Positions 7,405 through 14,208 of a stretch of 16,955 nt of DNA are shown one piece after another. Below the pieces are notes generated by a model, which saw nothing but the letters and a program-made list of their open reading frames with translations, ran no database searches and was not told the origin of the DNA. The stretch is from Candidatus Thorarchaeota archaeon (lineage in GTDB: Archaea; Asgardarchaeota; Thorarchaeia; Thorarchaeales; Thorarchaeaceae): the NCBI GenBank assembly GCA_003345555.1, contig PRDJ01000070.1:1-16955 (forward strand), given 5' to 3'. Every line of letters begins with the position of its first letter. Position 1 is the stretch's first letter. The position numbers were made by a program, and so were the translations under genes.

Positions 7405-8862
7405 ATGGCGAAAACTCCCGAAGACCAGATACCTACCAGCGATGAGGGCGAAATGATTGACAAACTACTAATTGAGCTGGGTGTCGACGAGGCGATGAAA
7501 CGCAAGCTGATCGAGTCAGGAAGGCTGTCGAAAGACATCTTCAAGGTCGAGTCGGCAGAACAGGTGCGTAGGCGAATAGAGATGGAGAAGAGCTCGGAGC
7601 GGGTTCAAGATAGCCTTCATCTCATTGAGCGCGACATGACGACAATCGATACGGGCATTGACAGGATTGAGAGAGACTTGGTTCCTGTTGTCCTATCATT
7701 CTTGGTCGGTTTGAAGGGCAATCTGGTCGCTCTTAGAGGGAACATCGTAACTAGAAGTAAGAAGCAGGCCAAAACGAACTTGCAGGCCCAGTACATCGAT
7801 ACCGAAGTGAGGCAGATTGTTGACGAGTCGTTCGGCAAGGTAGAATCAACGCTTACGGCCGAGATGGCATCTCCGATTCTTGAGAAACTGCGCGAGCTGA
7901 CTGAAGGCCTGAAAGGATCATTGAAGCTTACAACTGAAGAACTCACTAACCTAAAGGCAAGCCTAGATGACTTGACGCAGAGAAGCTCGACCGAAGTTGA
8001 GTTCTTGACGAAGGAACTCACCATGAAGCCCCGCCTAGAAGTCCCGAAAGAGGTTTCTGACCAGTTGAAAGCGATGGAACGCCAAATTGAGGAGCTGAAG
8101 AGGGACTTTGACCTCTCGGAACAGAGAGTCAAGAATCGTGAAAGCGAAGTTTCTGCACTACAGCAGGAACTATCAGTGACAAAAGCCCGAAGTGGTGAAC
8201 TCGAGGATAGAGTCGCCCGCCTGCGCTCCGGTCCTGTAACAGACTCAGCGACATTGGTCGAACTCAGGCAAAACATCAGATCACTTCAGGCTTCACAAGG
8301 AGTTCTGGAGGAGAAGCTCAGCGAAGAAGCCAGAAGATACGAGGAATCGGAAACAAAGGTGAAGCAGTATGCCTCGGACCTCGCAAGAACCGAACTCAAT
8401 CTGCAGGATGCCCTCGCGCGGATTCAGGAACTCGTGGATGAAATAAACAGATCTCGTGAGCGTCTGGCAGAGATAGATGACCTTGAGTCCCGAATAAGAA
8501 CTTACGAGTCAGGCGACAAGATGCGGGAACTCGACAGAATAAAGACCGAACTGGACCGCACATCAGCATCCCTGCAGAGACTGAGCTCGGACCATTCGGA
8601 AGCGCTTGAGACACTGGCGTACCTGCAGAAAAGACTTGATGGTTACCTCGGGCTAATGCAATCCACGGAGAAAACCAGGGCTTTCCTTATGCTTGAGGAG
8701 ACAGGAGAGCTCGCGGTCAGAGAGATTGCGAGGTCTCTGGGAATAGCACCTGCCACCGCCATGAAATGGGCTGAGGACTTCCAGAGGCTCGGCATTGCCA
8801 GACTGGTCGATGGCAAGACCTTGGTCTTGATATTGAAGAAGCCAGTAAAGGGAGAAGCCTGA
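7405..8862 (+). CDS. Long coiled-coil protein with C-terminal winged-helix domain
   Basis: About 200 residues of E/K/R/L/Q-rich heptads (VSDQLKAMERQIEELK through LAYLQKRLDGY), then RAFLMLEETGELAVREIARSLGIAPATAMKWAEDFQRLGIARLVDGKTLVL (HTH plus beta wing). ATG 7405 has GAGGT 6 nt upstream. Confidence 0.85.
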   Translation: MAKTPEDQIPTSDEGEMIDKLLIELGVDEAMKRKLIESGRLSKDIFKVESAEQVRRRIEMEKSSERVQDSLHLIERDMTTIDTGIDRIERDLVPVVLSFLVGLKGNLVALRGNIVTRSKKQAKTNLQAQYIDTEVRQIVDESFGKVESTLTAEMASPILEKLRELTEGLKGSLKLTTEELTNLKASLDDLTQRSSTEVEFLTKELTMKPRLEVPKEVSDQLKAMERQIEELKRDFDLSEQRVKNRESEVSALQQELSVTKARSGELEDRVARLRSGPVTDSATLVELRQNIRSLQASQGVLEEKLSEEARRYEESETKVKQYASDLARTELNLQDALARIQELVDEINRSRERLAEIDDLESRIRTYESGDKMRELDRIKTELDRTSASLQRLSSDHSEALETLAYLQKRLDGYLGLMQSTEKTRAFLMLEETGELAVREIARSLGIAPATAMKWAEDFQRLGIARLVDGKTLVLILKKPVKGEA

Positions 8863-8955
8863 AAGCATTCGGCCCAATGAGTGCCACATTCCTTCATTAC
8901 AAGCCACCGTCCTAGAGATTCATTGGCTGCCAGAGTGGGACGATACTGTGCTTTC

Positions 8956-8998
8956 CACATCCGGACCGCAAATAGCATAAGAGAAGCCACCGGATGTG
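8956..8998. repeat. 9-bp perfect inverted repeat CACATCCGG-N25-CCGGATGTG just upstream of amrS
   Basis: Arms at 8956-8964 and 8990-8998, ending 8 nt before ATG 9007. Confidence 0.5.
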
Positions 8999-9006
8999 CT
9001 TCTGAA

Positions 9007-10050
9007 ATGAAAGAGGCAGTGATGTATTCAAAGCTGAAGAACGGAGTCCGCTGCAACCTTTGTGCGCGTCGCTGCGTTATTCAAGAGGGCGAGAGTGGTT
9101 TCTGTCGTGTCCGCACACTGAGAGATGGTGTTCTGTACAGCAGTGTCTACGGTCTCATCGATGGGATGGCGGCAGATCCCATCGAGAAGAAGCCGCTATT
9201 TCATTTTGCCCCCGGGTCCAGAACCTTCTCTATCAGCACATCGTCCTGCAATTTCCGGTGTCAGTTCTGCCTCAACTATCATTCGTCTCAGAGAGAGACA
9301 CCGGTTGGAGAGAGGCTTGAACCAGCAGACATTGTCAGCCTTGCAAAACGTTACGACTGTTCCGGTTTGAGTTACACGTATACTGAGCCGACAATCTTCA
9401 TGGAACTTGCCCATGATACAGCGAAGATAGCTCATGAAGAAGGAATGTACAATACTTTCGTGACAAACGGATACATGACGACTGAGGCAATCGACTACAT
9501 AGCACCCTACCTCGACGCCGCCACTGTCGACTTCAAAGGCAGCGGCAACAAGGAGTTCTACAAGAACTACATGTCAGTGCCGAAGGTTGAGCCAATCTTT
9601 GACGCTCTGGCACACATGAAGGAAAAGGGAGTATTTGTCGAAATCACGAACCTCATCATTCCGGAGATTGGGGACCATGAGGATGATACTCGAGCAATGG
9701 CAAGTTGGATTGAGGAGAACCTCGGCTCCTTGACTCCGCTGCACTTCACCGCCTTCAGCCCGATGTACAAGATGACCCACCTCCCTAGTACTCCAGCGTC
9801 GACGTTGGAGCGACATATCAAGATCGCAAAAGATGCAGGCCTTGTATTCGTCTACTCGGGAAACATACCCGGACACGACTATGAGAACACATTCTGTCCA
9901 AGCTGTGGTTACAAAGCCGTCGAGCGCTGGTCCGTCTATATGAAGAAGAATAACCTTAGAGAGGACGGGCACTGTCCAAAATGCGGTCACGACTTGAACA
10001 TCGCCGGGGCTAAGTGGATGGGACAAGGTACTGGCCTTCTTAGGTTCTGA
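9007..10050 (+). CDS. amrS: AmmeMemoRadiSam system radical SAM enzyme (PflA-like)
   Basis: N-terminal VRCNLCARRC...GFCRVR, DPIEKKPLFHF.PG, CNFRCQFC (CxxxCxxC), YTYTEPTI, FVTNGY, LHFTAF.P.YK, YSGNIPG...ENTFCPSCG and C-terminal CPKCG. Start at ATG 9007 (MKEAVMY). Confidence 0.92.
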   Translation: MKEAVMYSKLKNGVRCNLCARRCVIQEGESGFCRVRTLRDGVLYSSVYGLIDGMAADPIEKKPLFHFAPGSRTFSISTSSCNFRCQFCLNYHSSQRETPVGERLEPADIVSLAKRYDCSGLSYTYTEPTIFMELAHDTAKIAHEEGMYNTFVTNGYMTTEAIDYIAPYLDAATVDFKGSGNKEFYKNYMSVPKVEPIFDALAHMKEKGVFVEITNLIIPEIGDHEDDTRAMASWIEENLGSLTPLHFTAFSPMYKMTHLPSTPASTLERHIKIAKDAGLVFVYSGNIPGHDYENTFCPSCGYKAVERWSVYMKKNNLREDGHCPKCGHDLNIAGAKWMGQGTGLLRF

Positions 10051-10061
10051 AGGTTCTCAGT

Positions 10062-10952
10062 ATGCTTGTCATCGACGTCATATGGCAAGCAATGGACAAG
10101 AATCAGTTCGTGCCCGGAATCGCTTCATGGCAAGGTCGCGATACTCCCGACTTCGTCCCTCTTGTCACTTCTAGTCATTTGTCTTGGACAATCGAAGGTC
10201 CAAGGAGATGTATTGGCAGCCGAGACGCCAGTGGCCACAGCATTCAATGTCCAGAGCAGAGCATAGTGCCAGCGAACGGCCTTCGATGTGGTCCGTGCAC
10301 TGCAATGGATCAGCTGGACCCGTGCATTCGATGCAAGGGCGCAGACTGCAAGGCCTCCGAAAGCCGCAGGAACAGATGTCAGAACTCGCAATATGCAGTG
10401 TATATCGCTGTCTTCAAGGACCAAACACTGAAGGTTGGAGTCTCAACCCTAGGCAGAGCGAAAACCCGATGGCTTGAGCAGGGAGCAGATTTCGCAGGAA
10501 TCATCTCGACAGCCAACAACGGTTTGGAAGCGAGACGGATAGAGGAATCCCTTGGGCATCTGGCAGGAGCCACGAAGCAGGTGAGCGGACAGAGAAAGGT
10601 CTCGGGAATCACCCAGCATCTCGATTCCTCGACAGCTTTCAACCTAGCGCAATCGTTTCTCAAGTCAAACAATGTGACTCCTCCGGACTCCGGATTCACC
10701 TTGGAGGATCTTTCTCCTTACTATGGTCTGTCTGGAATCGATGCTATGCCTGGGTCATGGCGGTTCTCTCCGGAGTCGAGAATTACCCAGCATCTTGTGG
10801 GAGACGTACGTGGAGTCAAGGGCTCGCTCTTGGTGACAAGTACCGGCTCTTCATTCACAGTCACGAACCTAAAACAGCTGATAGGCTATACGATCACACT
10901 GAATCCGGATGCAACCATGATAGCTCAGGCGGGTCTGCTCGATTTCCTATGA
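10062..10952 (+). CDS. DUF2797-domain protein (Cys-rich, GIY-YIG-like core)
   Basis: RRCIG...C...CGPC...C..C cysteine cluster, VYIAVF...LKVGVS...RWLEQGA, EARRIEE and GDVRGVKGSLL, ending in the typical archaeal Q.GL.DFL tail. Confidence 0.8.
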   Translation: MLVIDVIWQAMDKNQFVPGIASWQGRDTPDFVPLVTSSHLSWTIEGPRRCIGSRDASGHSIQCPEQSIVPANGLRCGPCTAMDQLDPCIRCKGADCKASESRRNRCQNSQYAVYIAVFKDQTLKVGVSTLGRAKTRWLEQGADFAGIISTANNGLEARRIEESLGHLAGATKQVSGQRKVSGITQHLDSSTAFNLAQSFLKSNNVTPPDSGFTLEDLSPYYGLSGIDAMPGSWRFSPESRITQHLVGDVRGVKGSLLVTSTGSSFTVTNLKQLIGYTITLNPDATMIAQAGLLDFL

Positions 10953-10959
10953 ACATGCA

Positions 10960-11841
10960 ATGTTATTATCTGAGATTGTGAGTACATTCGTTAGGATGTG
11001 CGCGACCAGCGATTACGAGGAACACGTGCGTTACGTCTCGCTCGTGCGGAGAGAAGGCGGTGAGCCGGTCATAGGCATAACCTATCGCGAGATGAGTGTG
11101 GATCCTGATCTGGTCGCCAGTTTCGTCCTTGCGGTAATCATCTTCGAGAATAGGCAGTTGAGGAGGTTTGTGAAAGAGGGGTATGTAGTTGTAATCGAAG
11201 AAGGGAAAGAGATGGTCGGGCTACTTATCATAGACAAGGTCGAAGACGAGGACCCCTACAGAGAGGTCTTGAAGGGCATCATCAGGACCTTTGAAACTGT
11301 GTACGAAGCTCAGTTGGAAAGCTGGAAAGGAGATGTCAGACCTTTCAGAGAATTCGCTCTGAGCATCTTAGGTGCATATCCTTATCGCAGGTTTGACTGG
11401 GAGCTTGTTCCCAGATTATCAAGGAAATCGGACCCTGCATTCGAAGGATATGCTCCGATACCCTGGAGCGTTGGTGAAGCAGACAAGAAGATACAGACTG
11501 TCGTGAGCTTCGTTAATGGCAAAAGAACGATACTTGAAATAATGCAGTCGACTGGTCTGTCTCAAGAGGACATGGTGGCTATTGTCTCAATCCTCGACCA
11601 CTTTGGCTGGGCAACCTTTGGCAGAAAGATAACCGCGGAAACGTACCTTGTCAAGGTGAGCGACCCGCACAAGTTCCTCGTCGGCGTATACGGAGAACAG
11701 ATCAATCGGTTTGTTGAACTCTGCGATGGAACCAAGAACTTGGAAGATGTAGCGGCCCTTCTTTCCTATAGCATGGAGGTATTGCTGACTGTTGCGAAGA
11801 GCCTTGTGGACGCAGGGGTGCTCGGGTTCGGTGAGACCTAA
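10960..11841 (+). CDS. Longin-like domain + two winged-helix domains (NPRL2/NPRL3-like), paralogue 1
   Basis: N-terminal VRYVSLV..EGG...DPDLVASFVLAV..F...IEEG...LLII...Y...L..I...FE.VY...L.SWKGD..PF.EF (Asgard longin pattern), then FVNGKRTILEI...LDHFGW and LCDGTKNLEDVA...LVDAGVL (two wH repeats). Alternative start ATG 10996. Confidence 0.75.
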   Translation: MLLSEIVSTFVRMCATSDYEEHVRYVSLVRREGGEPVIGITYREMSVDPDLVASFVLAVIIFENRQLRRFVKEGYVVVIEEGKEMVGLLIIDKVEDEDPYREVLKGIIRTFETVYEAQLESWKGDVRPFREFALSILGAYPYRRFDWELVPRLSRKSDPAFEGYAPIPWSVGEADKKIQTVVSFVNGKRTILEIMQSTGLSQEDMVAIVSILDHFGWATFGRKITAETYLVKVSDPHKFLVGVYGEQINRFVELCDGTKNLEDVAALLSYSMEVLLTVAKSLVDAGVLGFGET

Positions 11842-11913
11842 TCACGGACGAAGGCGTTCAGATGCCGTATTGCTCTATCCGCGCCCAGTATGTGGTCTTG
11901 GCACAGGAGAAGC

Positions 11914-11920
11914 CTTATAT
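11914..11920 (+). promoter_or_regulatory. Putative BRE/TATA (GGAGAAGC-CTTATAT) for paralogue 2
   Basis: CTTATAT preceded by a purine-rich stretch, in the gap between the two longin genes. Confidence 0.5.
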
Positions 11921-11992
11921 CAGGCGCGACGAAGGCTCGACTCTCCCAACGCCTCACAGCCATATTCGCCGTGATTGAGGGTGTTGATGCGG

Positions 11993-12814
11993 ATGCCGCT
12001 GGATGTATCTAAGGTTCGGTATGTGTCATTGATTCGCCTTGAAGGTGGCGAATCGATTCTAAACATACCGTACGCGGAGATGACAGTCGATCCTGACTTG
12101 ATAGCAGGATTCGTATCCGCAGTAATCATCTTTGCAAAGACACCCATTAGAACGATCCGTAAAGCCGCGTATGACATTCTCATAGAAGTTGGACAAACAG
12201 TCCTCGTGCTCTTGGTTGTTGATCCTGTTGCTGATGAGGCGCCCTATCGCGAACGTCTTATCAAGATACTCAAGCTTGTTGAAGAGGAGCACGGTGACAA
12301 GATACGGGCCTTCGAGGGAGACATAAGGCGATTCAGAGAGTTTGCGTTGGCCATACTTACAGAGTTTCCTTACGGTGAACCTGACCTCAACTTGGTTCCA
12401 GCACGCCGAAAGGAGGGTCAGCACATACCGTTCCGAGTGGGACTTATCGACACCAAACTTGAGAAGCTCGAGGGCTTCATAAACGGCAAACGCACGATTG
12501 GCGAGATAATGAACCTAATCGACATGCCGGATACCGAAGTCGTTGCCCTAGTCTCGATTCTTCAAAAATATGGGTGGATTGACTTTAAGAAGAAGCTCGT
12601 AGAATCGGATAGGCTCAGCAGGCGAGACTGCACACCCCAAGTGTTGCTGAAACTGAGAGGAGAATACGGCACACCGGTCGACGACATACTCAATGCCTGC
12701 GATGGAACCAGACGCATCAAGGATATTATGGATTCCCTGCAATACGACAGAAACGCGATATGGTTCTTGGTCAACAAGCTCGTTGAAGTTGGATGCCTAG
12801 CAGTTGCCCAATAG
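11993..12814 (+). CDS. Longin-like domain + two winged-helix domains (NPRL2/NPRL3-like), paralogue 2
   Basis: Same architecture as paralogue 1: VRYVSLIRLEGG...DPDLIAGFVSAV, FINGKRTIGEI...LQKYGW, ACDGTRRIKDI...LVEVGCL. 28 of the first 40 aligned residues are identical to paralogue 1 (hand count). ATG 11993 is 9 nt after GAGGGTG; alternatives are 11987 and 11975. Confidence 0.75.
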   Translation: MPLDVSKVRYVSLIRLEGGESILNIPYAEMTVDPDLIAGFVSAVIIFAKTPIRTIRKAAYDILIEVGQTVLVLLVVDPVADEAPYRERLIKILKLVEEEHGDKIRAFEGDIRRFREFALAILTEFPYGEPDLNLVPARRKEGQHIPFRVGLIDTKLEKLEGFINGKRTIGEIMNLIDMPDTEVVALVSILQKYGWIDFKKKLVESDRLSRRDCTPQVLLKLRGEYGTPVDDILNACDGTRRIKDIMDSLQYDRNAIWFLVNKLVEVGCLAVAQ

Positions 12815-12815
12815 T

Positions 12816-13640
12816 CTACAGGATTGTGTCAGATCCAGGAATGCCTACAACATCTGCCCTGCACTGGTGGCAATGGTAGAACTGCTTGACATGCTTCCCG
12901 GCTTCTGCCCTTGCTTGTTCTAATCTGCTCAAGCTCGGTGGCCTGCATCCTGACATAGTTCCACAAGGTACAAGCGGAATGACGTTCTGAAGCTCAGCCC
13001 CAGCAGCCGCAACGTCCTCTGCCAACTTGGCAATGTCCCCTTCGTTGACCCCGGGAATAAGCACAGAGTTGATTTTCACATGGATTCCGGCATCTGTTGC
13101 GTCCTTGATTCCTGCAATCTGGATCCTTACGATTGTCTTGCCCATGTCGAGTCCGGTCATCCTCTTTCCACGAATGTCAGCCCATTCATAAATCGTTGCA
13201 GCGGTTGCAGGACTGCTTGTGCTCATTGAAACGCTCAGACCGTTAACACCAAGATCGACAAGCTGTCTCACACAATCCCCAAGGAGCACTCCATTCGTGC
13301 TCAAACAGAAATGCACCTTATGTTCGTTGTTCAGGAGACGAGCCATTACCTCGAATGTGGCGGCGTTAATCAACGGTTCGCCAGGTCCGGCTACGGCGAC
13401 GATACGAAGATTCGGTCTCCGGCTCAGCTCTCTCTCAGCCACGTCGACGGCTTGGCCGGCTGACATGATTCTACCTGCACTGCCGGGACGATGTATCTGA
13501 CATGACATTTGTGTCCAGCCATCGCAAAATGCACACTTGACATTGCAGGCTGTCGCCACCGGCAGGTGGATTCTTTCCCAAAGGTCTGTTCTGTCTTCTG
13601 ACCAACACGGGTGGTGCTGGTTCAAGTACGAATCTGTCAT
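12816..13640 (-). CDS. nifB: NifB-like radical SAM protein (stand-alone SAM domain, no NifX domain)
   Basis: HPC, RIHLPVA..CNVKCAFC (CxxxCxxC), RPG, AGPGEPL, CLSTNG, KINSVLIPGVN, N.IPL.P and HCHQCRADVVG (CxxCRxDxxG) are the NifB motif set. Confidence 0.8.
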   Translation of the reverse strand: MTDSYLNQHHPCWSEDRTDLWERIHLPVATACNVKCAFCDGWTQMSCQIHRPGSAGRIMSAGQAVDVAERELSRRPNLRIVAVAGPGEPLINAATFEVMARLLNNEHKVHFCLSTNGVLLGDCVRQLVDLGVNGLSVSMSTSSPATAATIYEWADIRGKRMTGLDMGKTIVRIQIAGIKDATDAGIHVKINSVLIPGVNEGDIAKLAEDVAAAGAELQNVIPLVPCGTMSGCRPPSLSRLEQARAEAGKHVKQFYHCHQCRADVVGIPGSDTIL

Positions 13641-13689
13641 TTGGCTGCCTGCTTGCGTAGCTTGTTTGAGAACGGAGGCAAGGCCCCTC

Positions 13690-14073
13690 TCAGGATAGTA
13701 TCTTGAGGAGTTTGGTTACTTCCCTTGCTAACTTCTTAGCATCTGAGAAAACCAAGCCCGTTCTGGCAATATCAGGCGCGGTCACCGCAAGGAGATACCC
13801 AGGAGGGATAGCTATCACAATTGTCTTGCCTGTCGTCCCTTCGACGATTATGGACTTCAGTGTGCCTTGGCGCAATTCCTGGACTGTTTGAGTACTCGCA
13901 GAGTGAAGGCTGGCTACAATCGCGGCCACTGCTACCTCTTCTGTTCCTGCATGGAAATAGCTAACAAATGGAAGGCCCTCAATACTGAATATGGCTGCCC
14001 CGAGTACGGGTGAGGTGTTACAAAGATCCTTCAACGCCTGTTTTAGAACCGAGGGCACACTTTCGGCGCTCAC
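13690..14073 (-). CDS. Roadblock/LC7 domain protein (MglB/LAMTOR-like)
   Basis: LKQALKDL...VLGAAIFSIEGLPF...VAAIVASL...ELRQGTLKSIIVEGTTG..IV.....LLAV.......GLV..D.KK.A.EV matches the roadblock pattern. GTG 14073 gives 127 aa; the ORF-track extension to 14169 looks non-coding. Confidence 0.9.
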   Translation of the reverse strand: MSAESVPSVLKQALKDLCNTSPVLGAAIFSIEGLPFVSYFHAGTEEVAVAAIVASLHSASTQTVQELRQGTLKSIIVEGTTGKTIVIAIPPGYLLAVTAPDIARTGLVFSDAKKLAREVTKLLKILS

Positions 14074-14208
14074 TTGTCTTGAATGCCTGGATTCTGGCAA
14101 GACACACGACTCCCCTTTCGGAGTTGATACTACAGCCAAGATGTTCCAGATTGATAAAGCTTGGCGCAAGCGGGTTGTATGGTATCAATGACCAAGAGAC
14201 GCAGTAGG

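Noticed and set aside
7405-8862. SMC/Rad50 or ESCRT-III/CdvB assignment for the long coiled-coil protein
   Set aside because: No Walker A/B, signature motif or CxxC hook; length and heptad layout do not fit the roughly 200-aa ESCRT-III core.
11847-11936. 9-bp direct repeat GACGAAGGC (11847-11855 and 11928-11936) flanking the TATA between the longin genes
   Set aside because: Only two short copies with no symmetry; compatible with chance.
12816-13640. Evidence of nitrogen fixation
   Set aside because: NifB alone is insufficient; no nitrogenase structural or scaffold genes are in the window.
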